Positions 41,349 through 55,714 of a stretch of 64,000 nt of DNA are shown one piece after another. The stretch lies in assembly GCF_009914755.1 (NCBI RefSeq), contig NC_060937.1; one strand, given 5' to 3'. The notes under the pieces were generated by a model. The model worked only from the letters and a program-made list of their open reading frames with translations. It was not told the DNA's origin and searched no databases. Position numbers and translations under genes: made by a program. Every line of letters starts with the position of its first letter. Position 1 is the first letter of the stretch. The stretch is from the human T2T-CHM13v2.0 reference genome, Homo sapiens.

Positions 41349-43494
41349 ATTCAAAGTTTAAAATATGTAATATAGCATTTTTATGATTGATAGCATTTTT
41401 TAACTTAGAAAAAAAATATGGTTTATTATATTATAAAAAGCAAACAGAAACATATACAAATTGCCAGATTTTATCCTTACTCTATTTTTTTATTTTTAGT
41501 TATTATGAGTACATAATAGTTGTGTATAATTATTGATGTTTTAATGCCTTTTTCCTGATCTGAGAAATGAAATTAAATGGTAATATGCAATATATCTCTT
41601 AGGGGGTTACTTTATATATCAAAATAAATATATATACATATGAAATTATTCTGAAAACTAAGAAGTTTCCTACAAACATTTGGCAGTATTACTAATCGTT
41701 TCCTCACTGTAAGGCTGGTACATAGAGTACTTAAGCATTTTGTGAGAAGTTCTGCATGTATATACATACAGAGAGAGAAAGAGAAAGGAGAAAAAGAGAG
41801 AGAGAGAGAGGTCAGTTGAATCGGGTATACAAATGAATAAATCTGTAAATTATGATGGCGTGCATATTAGGGTAATTCTCATGCCAATCAAATAATATAT
41901 TTCTTTACTCCTCACCCTGCAAAAGCATCTCTTTAGTATCAGTAGCATTTTACTTCTGAGGTGAAATTTTATCAGCTTAACATATTTTTTCTTTAATTCT
42001 CCCTTGTTATGTCTTGCTAGATGCCCGAAAAGGACAAAGCTGGAACACTAAAGGCCCATCATGACATTTATCTAGGTCTCTGGGATAAAAGGAAAGTTGG
42101 GGGTGGAGTCCATCTACAATCAATCATGGATGGTGATGTCTTTATTGGCTACTGACCTTGCAATGAGTTGCATGAGTTATAAGAAGGTTCTCTGTTACCC
42201 CAATCCCTATTTTCTTGAAGGAGGATATAAATCACTTGAGCCTCATGAATTTCTCATATTTACAAAGTATACTTCCAAATTTTCCACAGAGGATGCAGTG
42301 TAACCACTTATTTTTCCAATTTAAAAAAAAATAATTTTTCAGCTTGTTCAGATGTCACATAAGGAGGCTGATGATTGAGATGATCTGGCTGAGAGTGACC
42401 CGAGGATCCAAGGTGGATGTCAGCACGAAGCCTAGAGAGAAGCAGATAGTTTCCATCATCCTCATTTTGAGGTTGTTTGCATTACTTCTTCTCTAACCTT
42501 ATGCTCGAAGCAACAATCATGGTAGATTGCCTTATTCTGTTCCATTAAGAACTGAGGCATGTAATAAATCAAATTCCATAGTGACATATCTTGCTTCAGT
42601 GGCATGATAAGTTGCTTCTTGGCTAAAATTCACATGAAGAATATCTGGATTTTGTAAATATACTTCTCCACATTCCCTTGAAACTTAAACTTAAAATTTA
42701 AGTATTGTATGGTACCTGGAAAAATTAATGAAAAAAAAGAAGAGAGGGGGAGTGCATCCTTCAGAAATATCCAAAGATTTCAGTGGGCAAATACCACAGT
42801 ATAAATTTTAAATAAATTTTTCTCTATATATAATTACACATATATTCAGCCTTGCTTTTAAAGACTATACTTATTATATGTAGATGTCCAAAACCACTGC
42901 ACAGTAACACACTACACTCTACCATGTAGAAAAATATAACTTTACCGAGATAGAATTTTTCTTAAAAAAATTCTAGTTTTGTCTCATTAAGTCTAGGAAA
43001 AACCTATGCTGACAAAGATGACTTATTAGAGAACTGCTAACCAAATTTTAAAATTTTAAGCTGTAAAAAGGAATCTAGTCACAGACCAACATAACAGTCA
43101 TATGCTGAAATATACAGTATTAAAATATTTAGACATTAAAGAGATATTTCTCAATATTTACCCTCAATGATTGCTATTTTGACATATCCAGAGGCACAAG
43201 AGTGTATAGAATGTAATTTCTGCTCCTAATGGTTCATTCGCCCATGGGCAAGATAAAGACACTTGCAAATGCAACTATGATACAGGGCAGGCTAAGAAGA
43301 GTGCATTATGATTGGAATAAACCATGATTTAGTCATTGAGAGCATAGCCTTTTATTTTACTAATAATAAGTTTTCATGATATATAAAACATCTGACCCTG
43401 GTTTTAAAGAGGAGTGGTAATTGGATATGCAGAGACTGTGAGACTTGCCAGGTAGTAATGACAGCAGGAACAAACCACAGAGAAAGCAGAAGTA

Positions 43495-43710
43495 ATAGTA
43501 ATATCTGGCATCTAAGCTATGCTTACTGTATGCTTGGCACCACTATAAGCATTTACATGAGTTCATTCATTTTATTTTCACAAGAGCCCTAGGAGCTGGA
43601 ACTATTATTTTCATCTCCGTTCAATAAATGAGCAACTGGAGCACGGAGTGTGTAAGTAATTTGCCTAAGTGAGTGAGTATGGAGTTTGGTATTCAAATTC
43701 AGTCTGGTTC
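43495..43710 (-). mobile_element. MIR SINE (within decayed antisense L2 sequence)
   Basis: gcttactgtatgcttggcac...ttcacaagagccct...aaatgagcaactggagcac...aagtaatttgcctaag...attcaaattcagtctg. Confidence 0.75.
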
Positions 43711-45646
43711 ACATCCAGGCTATTTTCAGCGATCAGCGGACCAATCAGAATTTGAGAAACTAGAGGGATAAAACTAAAAAAACACATATTGGAGGGGATC
43801 TCAGACAAAGAGGAGTCACTGATTGTTTCTGAGCTGAGAAATGACTAAAGTCTTCAGAAAGACACCTGATATCAACATGTATATTGGACTTGGAAGATAA
43901 GCTTTGTAATCAAACGGGCTGCATAAGAAGCTATTGCAATAATCTAAGACATAGAAATGGGAAGGTCCAATTGTGAAGAAAAAAATGCTAGAATGCATTC
44001 CAATCTTTTTTTCTCAATTGAAAATGATATTTACCTCCCTCTACCACTCCTGGATTATGTAGACTATTTAGTCTTACTTTCTTAGTGAGTTAAGTTGCTT
44101 TCTCAGAGTAAATTATAAACCTATGGAGATTATTACTTAATTCCATAAAATGAATCATACTACAGCCATGCATGACTAGTGCCCTGAAGGAATTAACACA
44201 TCTTTGAAGAATTAACTGACCTGTATGCAATAAAATCAAAACTTACTAACACATAAACACTCTGGGCTTTTTTTCCAATATTTTTAGAATGCTCACATTT
44301 TTAACATTTCACAAGAACAATTTATTATTGATTGATACCCAGTAAATATGATGTTTTAGTGGCAATGGATATTATAGTTTTTCTTTACTATAAAAATTAA
44401 AGTCCTAATGAGTTCTGTGAAATTCTTACTCTAACATTATGTTTAAAAGGGATTCTTCTCTAAGAAGTTTTTATGTAAATTTTCATTTAATTTTTTTTCT
44501 GTACTTTAAAAAGAAAGCAGGATTTCACTTGGTTTGTTTCAGTGCCATCTGTGTTATTAACAAAGAAAAGCTAGTACAAGCTTAAAACAATGCAAGGGAA
44601 AAACTATGTAAAATTAAGCTAAAACTGTCAAAATGAGGCTGCTAAATTTCACAGAGATCAAATTCCAGTACACTGAAAATGTTTCTTGGGCCTGCCTAGA
44701 ATTTCTCACCTCATTAGGCGTGAAAAAACATAAATTGAGCCCTGGTTTGATTTTTGTTTTTCAGAATTTTGTCTATGAAGAGAACAGTTGGGGAAACAAA
44801 GCTCTCCATAGTTTTAGGTCTTATATTTGGAGGAGTGAGGAAAATGATTGAAGGCTGCACCCTTTATAAATTCTGGGCACTTGCTCAGTGATTGTTTTTG
44901 AATCTTCAAGTCATTCATGAAATAATTAATTCAGTCCCACATTTCCATTTTTCTCTAGAACACAAAATAAGCACTCTCTTTATAAAAGGAAACGAAGAGA
45001 GATTGAGAGTCAAAATATCTGGTCAAGTATAATATGCCGAGACCAATTCCAAGGTCCAAAACTCATGTTTTCTGAGTCAAACTATTCAGCTCTAGATACT
45101 GCATTTCTTCAAAGTCCCCATCTCTAAATTTCAGGAATACCTGTCTGCTTGCCAGACATCTAGGTGGGATTTAGCTCTACGTGCATATTAATACATTCAA
45201 TTTATAAAGGTTGAAAACTCTGACTCATTGCCCATCAAATTAAATCACAAATTCAAGATTTTTAAGTACTGAATCTGTACCATGTAATGAGATTTATATT
45301 ACAAGTCGAAAAAGGAAGTGCACTTAGGATACGGTCCAAAATAAAACTACCTAGCATAAGTGTGAATGTGTACCTCCAAACTGTTTCTTTATTTTCCACA
45401 CATTTTCCCCCAGTGTCTATAAATGGAACAGCTTTTATTATCCCTTGATCCTGTACCACAAAATCTGACTGTCCTGCAAGGCATGTAAAATTCTACATCA
45501 TGCCACTAAAATTGGGCATCTTTTTATAATAATGTTTAAGAGCATTCTGTATTCTCTACAGTTTAACTCAAATATTTCTCTTTTCTTACCAGAAAAGTAG
45601 AGACCACTGAACACACACCCACATTTGATACATAAAACCATCATAC

Positions 45647-45660
45647 ATTTCCATGGCAAC
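45647..45660. promoter_or_regulatory. RFX X-box-like motif (13/14)
   Basis: atttccatggcaac versus the X-box consensus GTTKCCATGGMAAC; motif match only. Confidence 0.3.
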
Positions 45661-46711
45661 TTGTACTTTTTACTGCTAAAAGTGAAACATAGTTCAAAAG
45701 TGAGTAATACAAAAGGTCATTTCATCTTCCAATATCCAAAATATTTTTACACTCTACTTCCTACACACTCTAACCCTCAAAAGCAAAGGACTTGGAAGAT
45801 TGGAATAATAAAGAGTAATTATAATAGAGTTTAATGAAGTTTGAAACTATGGTATTTTATATTAGCGAATGTGTTATAATTAACTCTGGTAAATGATACC
45901 ATAATGAATATTTTAGCCTTCATGATTCCAGGCAAAAACCTGGAGGGAGAAATCATTGTAATCATACTATCTTTTATAAAATAAAGGGGAGGAATAAATC
46001 TCTGTTATTACATTAAAACACAGTTTCTAATGTATTTTGTTGGGGGTAAGGGGAACCTGCTGAGGGGCTATCTCAGTACCAGTGTTTAGAGAGAAATGGT
46101 AACTTCCAGCCAATGAGGTTAATGCTGATAGATAATGTCCTATGGATATTTTAGAAGACAGTATTGATCCATTGTCTGCTTACTTAACTAGAGGATAACA
46201 GGCTGGTTTCACTGGGAGGTTGAAATACTTAGAATCTGTATCTTTTTTCTAAATAAAAGGAATCAACTTTTATTAACTGGAGAACAGAATAAGAGGAAAA
46301 AGGATGGAGGATGACGCACGTTTATTGCCACCCTGGCAACAGACAATGAGAATTGAAAACTTACTACATTATTGATAACACTAGAATCTGCAAAAGAGTA
46401 CAAAAGACATCTTGTCCTCTCTGAGCTTATACTATGCATAAAGAAGTACAAAACCAAGACTATAGAATACTTATGAGGTATCTCATCCGCGTGAATGGGA
46501 GCCTTCTCCCAATGTCAGTTAAGCAAGTGTTCCTATCTCCATTAGGATTCTCGGATGGAAGGGGTTTACAAAACCTGGGATCTTAGTGAACAGGGCAAGT
46601 TAAGAACTGTAACATTTAATTTTCATTTCACAGGTCTAATAGAAAAATGCAATGTTGAGACCAGAAACTAGAAACACATCATGTCTTTTTTTTTTGCTTG
46701 CTCTAAAACTA

Positions 46712-46748
46712 TGTGTGTGTGTGTGTGTGTGTGCGTGTGTGTGTGTGT
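46712..46748. repeat. (TG)n microsatellite
   Basis: About 18 TG units with one CG interruption. Confidence 0.95.
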
Positions 46749-48195
46749 TGAATACACGCTTTATCAGAAATATTCATCTTCTTCTTGATATTTTGAAGCT
46801 CTTCCTCCACAAGATATTTTTGTGCAAGGGAAATTGTCATTGAAACATACAATGTAGTACTTTTCTGTTTAGGCAAGTAGAGTTTAAGTACATTTTCTTA
46901 ATGCATCTCAGTAAATGTCGACTGACAAAATACCACAAGTAAGGACACCTTGCCTCAATTTTTTTGGTTTGGACCTACACACACATCCTGTTGAGATGTG
47001 TTTGATTCCCCTATTTATCTAACTGTTAGCTTACTAGGCCTCTACACTCAATTCTATCTGCAGATTAACAAGGCCTCCCTGTGCTTGGAGAAAGAGTGAA
47101 CAAGACACCGTGAGTTTTAGCAGCAAAAGGCATAGGACTCCTCCCTTGGGTTTATATGTGTATGGGTTTGATGGGCAGCCAGTTATGAGGGCACCTCCTA
47201 TAAATCCAGTCACCATTTTCCCATTTCACCCACAACACTTTCATGGCAAATTGCCAAGTACACTCTATGACACTTTATCTCCCAATCTAGCAAAACTATC
47301 ACAAAGGAAATAGGATTAGCATAGTTTTTTAATTCACACTGACTGCTACTGTCACTTCCTTTGTTCACTATCCTGGAATACTAGGGACTATAGATTTGCA
47401 AATTTAAAAAGATATCATTTTATTTTTCTAAAATTACAACAATTTTTTGGTCTATAATCTTCTAACTTCTTATTCTCTTAAAGATTGTTGACAGTAACAT
47501 TGAGAACACTTCTAAAATTTCTTTAGACCTCAGAAAATAATGGTGCTTACCTGAAACCAGATCAGATGATGCAAGAATGCAGAAACATTTCACCCTCAAA
47601 GTGCTACCACCAGAAGCTCTGTCATATTATACAGCAAGGCTTTCTCTCAAGCCCATCTAATAAGTTTATGACTTAAAACCTATTACAGGAAAGATATGTA
47701 ATCACTGCCCTCCTGGAGCTCTCCTCTTTGCTCGATTCAGCTTCTTCCTCTTTCTCTCTTCCATGTCTGTGGAGGATGGTCATAATAAGTCATGTTGGCA
47801 TGCCTCATAACCCTAAGGTTAATTTTCAGACACAGAAACAGAATTGCTTCCAGGTGTACGAGCCTGGACAATTCCTAGTTGAACATGTTAACATGTCTCA
47901 AGAAAGAAAATACAAAACATGAAAGTGGGAGTAAGTTGGCAGCCTCAGTTGTTGAGGAAAAGGAGTGATGGAGATGAACATTAGTCCCACCCACCTAGGA
48001 GCTGCCCAGAGCACAGAAAAATTTCACCACTTGGACTTAATCGCCATGGTTCCTTTGGGATTATCATCCATACAGGTGTCTCAGCTAAAAAAATTTAAGA
48101 CTAACTTGTTGGTTTTTATTTCATACCCATCAGAACAAATTTTGATATTCCTTTCCAAATAGTTTCTCTATTGAGATAAGTATATTTTGGTAATC

Positions 48196-48239
<44 letters not shown>
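48196..48239. repeat. (TCTA)11 tetranucleotide STR
   Basis: 11 perfect TCTA units. Confidence 0.97.
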
Positions 48240-49369
48240 CCTGTCTATCTGTTTATTTCCAGGTTGAGCTATTTCACCAAATCAAGTTCTCAGTATTGAG
48301 TACTTAACCTATACCATGCACAGGTCTAAATGTTAGGTCTGAATTAGTTAAATCCTCACAGCAATCCTATGAAGTAGTTACAGACACATCTTTTTGGCTC
48401 TTCCTGTTAATATTTTGAAAACCCAAACATCACTCTTTTAAGCAGAAAGTTCAGTCTCTTCTTTGAGGCCTCCTTGGTCTCTGACTGTCCAATCATCCCG
48501 AGCCACAGTGGGACCAAAGCAGCCAACTCATTTGTTAAACCCCTCCACAAAAAGGAAATGGAGAATCTGTTCCGTTCACTACTGTTGCTATTTCCACATG
48601 CACCATTGTTGAAAACTGTTCTTGGACAGTCTACCAGATACTCTTCCATGACTGCTCTGGGCCTCAAGCTATGCCAAGTTTACATTCATATATGCATTCA
48701 TTTTCCTGTAAGCACAATATAATGCCAGGCGTTCTTAGTCCTAATGAACCCCAGTCCCACCACACAGGTATAGGTTCACCCTCCTTCTCAGTACTGAGAA
48801 CTTTGGATTATGCGTAGGTCACTAGATTAAAGGTCCCTTTTGAAGCTATTGATGTCTTCTCCTACCTACAGCTTGAATCTTAGCCACCCAAGTCCACCTT
48901 AATGGATTTCCCTTTTAACCCCAGAGATCAGCAATTTGAGGGTTCAATCTCTTATTCTCCAAAAGGTTCTTGTACGCCATTTGCAATTTTTTTCCTTCCC
49001 CATATTTAACATATCAAGTTGTGTTTTGCAGGGCTTTTATTAGGGTACAGAAGATTCTGCTACCCTTTTCTCCTAAGGGGCTAAATGGGACCTTTATATA
49101 ACCAGGAGGCCACATAGTGCCACTTCGGTGAAAAAGATAGATGATTTCGTAAGTCTTTCTTAACCAAAAATATCTGAGGTTATTTATTTTTATGTAAACT
49201 TGTAATACTTATATATAATTCATTATGTTTAAGTAATTAATATACTTATTTCAATTTTCCCCTAAGAAACTGATCTGTTTTTTGTGCACTACTATGAATG
49301 ACATATACCAAGATGAGAGAACAAAAATAGAATCATATGAATTTAGGAGAAGGTGCCACTATGCATCCT

Positions 49370-50520
49370 CCGGCCATACTAAGCTAACCCCTTACAATAT
49401 GCTGGACTCTCTCTGCCCTCAAGCTTTTATATGTACTACCCATCTTGTCTCGGATGCTGTTCCACTCTTTCCCTTTGGCCGATTCACTCTCCCTTACTCC
49501 AAAGATCTTAGTTGGATATCACCTCCTTCCCTGAAGGCAGGGAATATCTATTTGTTTTTCACTGTTGGGTTGCTACTGCTTAGCATGCTATCCAGCACAG
49601 GGTAGTGCTCAATAAACAACGTTGAGTTAATTAATATTATGCAATGATGGCAAGCAGATTTGCCCATGTGATTCCAGCTGTGTCTATCCAAAAATCCAGT
49701 TCTATCCTCTCCCTCAAAACTAGTTTTCCCTCTACACTTCTCTTACAATAGATACCATATTCTCCCTATCACTCTGAATCGAAACCTTCTAATCACCTTT
49801 GACATATCACTTCCCTTCATCTACTCCAGTTACTTCAAAGTGTCTGATTCTTTATAATGTCTTCTGGAGTCTCTTTCTCCATTCTGACTATGCCATTATG
49901 CCCCTATGATCTAATATATGAATTACTGCTATTATTTCTCTTAAAATAATCACCCAGATTTCAGACTCCACCAACATTTCAAATGATCCTAAACATTACT
50001 GCTACATTCATTTCCCTAAAATGCCATCTTCATTATATCACTCATTTGTCTACTAAATCAGAAACAAATGTCGTTATCTTTTTAAAGGACCTTTGTAATG
50101 GTACCCATGCTAATCTCCAAACTACTTTCCATTTACACCATCTACTTTAGTCAAAGAAAACTCCTTACTGTCCCAAAAGATAGAACATCTAGTATCACTT
50201 CTTAGTTCGCGGCTACCCCATATTGTAATATACATATAATATACAACATGTCATCAAGGCTATGTTCAAGTCCCAGTGCCTACGTGAAGACATCTGTCTC
50301 TAAACCCTGTGTTATCTCAACACCCTTACTAAGAAAGAAAAAAATCATTTTGCACAATTCTTCTGTATTTCATTATAAATTGTTCTTTAGGCTTTACTAA
50401 TTATTATAAGTAAACTAGTGGTCACTTTTACATAAGTGAGTATCTTTATGATTTATTTTTAATCCCCCAAGTCACTAAAACAATATTGCACACAGTAAGT
50501 ATTCTATAGACGAATGACTG
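49370..50520 (+). mobile_element. L2 fragments (two 3' portions)
   Basis: atcacctccttccctgaag...agcacagggtagtgctcaataaa (to about 49630); tccaaaaatccagttc...ctctgaatcgaaacctt...ttgcacacagtaagtattc. Confidence 0.6.
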
Positions 50521-53119
50521 TATTCATTCACTCAGTAAATACTCATTGAGTAAACAGACACTGGGGATAAAGCAGAAGATAAAACAGAGCTCATGGTCTA
50601 ATGGTGGATATTGAAAACACAAAAGGAAACAAATTATAAAAACCATAATTTCAGGCAGTGGTGTGTGGGCTGCATATCAATAATATCCTATTTACATTAA
50701 ATCACACTATGTTTCAAGTATAAATAGGAGCCTCCTGGAGTCATACGTTGTACTTGACAATTCCCCCTTCCTCTTACCACTACCCCAAAATCAGCTGTCA
50801 CTTTTACTGCTTTTTAGGCATGAACTAGGTCCTTATTTGTGCAAATAAATATTGGTGAGACTTAACGTCTTTAAGCCAGAATGGAACTGAAATATTATTT
50901 TAAAGAATTAATTATAATTGAACATATGCCAAAAGTACATAAAGAAAAAAAAATTCTGGCATGCTACACTGCCAGAATAGAAATAGATTTTGGACTCAAT
51001 TCAGTTTCTAGTAAATTAATGCTCAAAAGCACACAGGAGCAAATGTGCACACATTTGTAATCTCAGCAAAGAGGCCAGGGTACACATGGATCCTAGAATT
51101 TCATCTTTCCCTCGTGTCCAGAGGGTAATCTCATCCATGGTCTCTATACAATGTTTACCAACCTCTCTGTGATGCTTCCTGAAGTCTATCTTTTACAGGA
51201 CTCTGCATACATGAATTAGGAATGCAGTTTTATTGCTATTCCTAGTAAAGGACACATTTTACCCCTTCTATATAGTAAAAATGAGTCACAGTGCATTTAG
51301 CTGATTGGTTTCCATAAGGATCTGCAATGTGATACTCATTGAACTATTTACGTTTATTAGAAGAATAACAGTTGTGTATATACATTCATCACATCTTATC
51401 AGGTTATGCCTATGTGCCAGGCCTGGTGTTCAGCTCTGAGTATGCTGAAATGAAATGGTACAATTCCTGCTTGGGAAAAGGGCACAGACAAGTGGAGATG
51501 ACAAAACCCACAAATGATTGACAGTGATGTTGACTAATATGTGCAGTACTAGAAATGTAAATAGTTTCACTTTCAAGGAATTATAGAGCTGAAAAAAACT
51601 TTAATATTATTGACTCTAACCCAAGTGAGAGAACGGAGGCTCCTGTGTCGTGTCTGCTAAAGGACAACTGGAACCCAGGTCCCTTAATGTCAAGAGGATG
51701 ATCACTTCACTACTATTTTCTAGTTCAGCCATTTGATAAAAGGTTGATTTTGTTTTCTAAAAATGGGTGGTTTGCACAATCAATCAATGAATTAGTTTAA
51801 ACATATAAAATAAGATTTAAAGTGTTTTCAAATAGTAACACAAATTATTTGGGATTAATATCTCACAAACTGATGATAGATATTGTTACATGTGACATCC
51901 ATCACACTATTTGTTAGTCCCGTCTAATTTCCTGGTTCCTTCCACTATTGTGGGCTAAGCAATTTACTAAATTAACTTCAGGGTTTAGTTCATACTGAAC
52001 CATTGCCAAATTCTGTGACAGAGGGATAGATATAGGAGTGGCTGTATATAAGATTGCTGTTGGATTAAATGTATTATTGTTCTTTGGTCTTAAAAATAGC
52101 ATGCTCATCTGGTGAATTTTCTCACCCAAATATCCAAGATTCTTATCATATGAGTTTTATATCCTTAGTCTTTCTGAATATATAGAATACATTTGGATTT
52201 TTTTCCTTTATAATTGCTTGTATTACCCAAAACTTTGTGTGTATATGAGTAGTTCTGATATAAGAATATCAGAGTGTTTTCAGAATCTACCTTTACAAAC
52301 TCAACAGGACTTTCTGTTATGTTTTATGAGAAAGCCAAGACTAAATTGAGCCATTTTCAAATAACTATTGTAATATCACATTAGATTTACTAAAGTGATT
52401 TTGCTAATGCTTCTTTTCAGAAAACAAGCTTTCTGATCCCTCCTATGCTTTTTTTAATGAAGACGAGTTTAATATGATTGTTTCAGATTTTAGCTACTTA
52501 TGCAGTTCTAAACTATATGCAAGGCTTCAAAAGAGCCACACAAAAATAAAGCATATGTAACAGTAGCAATTATATCAGAAAGAACACAAAACTATTTTAA
52601 AGCAAAGGAGGAATGTTACTTATTCAAAAAATAGAAAATATTTCTTAACCAATGCTAGAGGTTTTTAAATTTACAAAGAAATAAGACTTCAAAAACAATG
52701 ATATGTTCCAAAGCATGCTTTAAAAAATAAGCTAAACTACAGAAATTAGTTTAATATCCTATTAATTCCAATCAAACATCTTTTCTTCTTGTGAAATATC
52801 CAGATAATTGGGGTAATTTAAAAGAACTTTTTTAATTACCTGAGAAATTGCCTCAATCTTTCATCACAATCTTCTATTTCATTTTGCAGATTAAATAGCC
52901 TTTCATAAAAATAGAACTATTTCCCCTTATCTCTACTTTTGGGTCATTGTAAACTCCCTGTGGAGTTGTAAGATTAAAGGTGTCTAGGATGTGTAAGGAG
53001 ATCCCAACTTTTAAATAAATCTGATTTCCAGATGATTTCCTGTTTTAATCAGGTAATTACCATATCAAACCTTCACAATTTCTGTTTCCCCAAGCCATGA
53101 AAAAATGGAGTCCTGAATA

Positions 53120-53133
53120 GTTTCCATGGCAAC
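53120..53133. promoter_or_regulatory. RFX X-box (perfect consensus)
   Basis: GTTTCCATGGCAAC in apparently unique sequence; function not demonstrable from sequence. Confidence 0.4.
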
Positions 53134-55714
53134 CTCTACATGTCATCTTTATATTGTTTCAGCAAACTAAAGTTTTCTTAAACACAATTAGCAAGAATAT
53201 TGGTAAAACATATTTCTTACTCTTTTGAATTCTAAGTTAAAATGTCTCAATTTATGAAATTTTTAAAACACTTGCTTTCAACATCTACTTTCTGTTCCTT
53301 GAGACAGAATAAGCAGTCATTTTTAAGCCACAGGTACATCTGTAACTATATAAGCCTTACAATTATAAGCCTATTCTTTGGAAAGTAGTATTTGAAGAGT
53401 AACAAAAATCATAGTTTTTCTGACCTGCATATAAAACCATTCAAGTATACTACATTTATCATATTAAAAATGCATCATTAAAATTTAAAAGCAGGTGCAG
53501 TTGTTCAATAAGCTAATGGTATAGTCTGAAGACTCCACTCAAGATTGTATTGTTGAATTCCCAGTTGGATAAAGGAGAAAGAGAAAAACCGAGGGAGGGA
53601 ATTTGAATGACCTTGCACCAAGGTGGTAGGACCCTAAGATCCTCTGCTGTAGGCTGTGGTTGAGCTCCACACTGAGGCTCTTTACTGCACTGCATTCTGA
53701 CGGCTGAGAATGAAAGTGTCCTTCTGAACAGATGAACTTGAAATCGACTCACCTCAGAGCCGAAACCTCTGTGAGTCTCTACACGCATGTGAATGTGAGC
53801 GCATATCTGTGTTTATGGGGTGAATGTATGGGCTGTTTGCCTGCGTGCACCAATGACTCAATGCTTGTCAGAAAACACATTGTAGAAAATGGCATAAAGA
53901 AATTTAATGAGAAAAAAACTAATGGAGGAAAATTTAACCTTTCTAAGAGTCGTGTCAATCTATAAACTATTAAATGATCACCTTTATTACTGATTAGTTT
54001 ATTCACCTCACATCATCTTAGGAAGAGCTAGACAAGATTCCTGAAATCTATTAATTAGTTTCCCCTAGCAAATATTAACTCACCAAAATCCTATTCTTTC
54101 ATTAAATATGTTTAGAATTTTAAATTGAAATATCTAAATCTATATACCTATTTCTTGATTAGATAAATCTAACTTGTATAACCTCTTCTTTAAAAATATA
54201 ATTCAATGGCAAACTTACTTGATTGTTTTCCATAATTCTTTTCAAACAAAATGTGCACATCTAAAGTTACTATAGTTAACATATCTACTCATTGGTAACA
54301 AGAACAACACAAAATAACAATAAACATAATCTTCACCTAAAATCTTTTACAGAGAGATACCCACAGAGTAAAAATTAGAGAGAGAGAGAAAAGAAAAATA
54401 GCAATTGCCTTCTCACTTCTTGGGACATTTTTTCTAAAGTGGTAGTCGTGACATAAAATAGCTTGTATATCTGTACAGGGTTTTGCGGAATGGCATTTTC
54501 TGTGATGGACGTCTTAAATATTTTATAGGAAAAATGCATTGTTCCCCTGTCTCTAATATAAATACCATGGTATAGAAATCCAGTCTGTAAACTAAAAAGA
54601 AATCGATCTACTTACATATTTTTTGCAGTAATAGAATCCCCTTGGCTTTCAACAACTATCCTCAATTATCAAAAATAAGAAAACCACATTGAAATAACTG
54701 TTAAATTACTATATTAGTCAAATCATCAGAAATATTATGTCTCAGTTTTAGATAATCAGTTTATGTTTTGAATCTAGAACACTAAGGAAGTCTTTCAGGG
54801 CAAAGGCATTAAAAAATCTCATCATTTAAAGTAATGTTTAGTAATTTACTAAATAAATAGTAGTAAAGAAATATTCATTACTTAAATTACTCATTATTTA
54901 AAGTAATCTTTCCATTTGTCCTAGATTCCAATTTTTCCTAGATTTCCTAACACTGGTTCTGAGATTTTTGTTTTAGGTTTCAGTGATTTTAGAAACTGTC
55001 TCTTCCTTCTCATCTATCATATTTTCTTGATCTTTTCACAATTACCTTCCTCTGGTTTTCTCTGTGAGCAACTATTTGCTTGCATATATAAGCTGATCTA
55101 CTACCCTACTGTGAGATAATTTACAGTTTTTGTGAAATATCTTATCAATGTGCATTCTTTTTTAATGTAATCAATTTAAGAGATATGCAGCTTGAAATAT
55201 AATCTTCAGTAGATGTACTTTCTATTAAATATTAGCAACTCTTGCCTTCTAACACTGAATACCTCAGCATTGCCCAAAACACCATTTTCTCTTCACCTAA
55301 CTTTGTCTCCACCTATACATGCATTTCAAATAACAAGATGTTCCCCTGTTTACTCTCTCAAAAAACCATATAGATTTCATAAAATGTGGATAGTTTTATA
55401 AAAGAAAGAAATGTACCACAGAATATGAAAAGTTAGATTGTTTTGTTCCAATGAGATATTTTTGTCAGTTATTGTACTTTGTTAGTAGGGATTAAGTTCT
55501 CAAAGACTCACAATAATTGACTACTATTAATATTACTTGGGCAGGTTATTTAACCAAGATAATGACAGAATTTTCATTGAGAACAGATGGGCTGAATGAA
55601 CTAAGCATCCATTCATTTACTTATTTCTTTTGTTTGTTAGTTTCACAAACTATCATTTAGCATTTTCTTTGTGCCTGCCACTACACGGTACTTATTTTCA
55701 TACATGATCTCTTT

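Noticed and set aside
43725-43750. NF-Y-like gaccaatcag with two CpGs
   Set aside because: Single short motif between decayed repeats with no other promoter features
47540-47680. Minus-strand donor CAG|GTAAGC near 47550 with a possible upstream acceptor
   Set aside because: Isolated splice-like signal with no recognisable reading frame; expected by chance
48400-49130. Moderate-GC segment possibly of retroviral or pseudogene origin
   Set aside because: No recognisable motif in the frames I translated; cannot be supported without a database search
51041-51056. Short palindromes such as aaatgtg-ca-cacattt and similar 7-8 bp stems elsewhere
   Set aside because: Stems this short are expected by chance in AT-rich DNA
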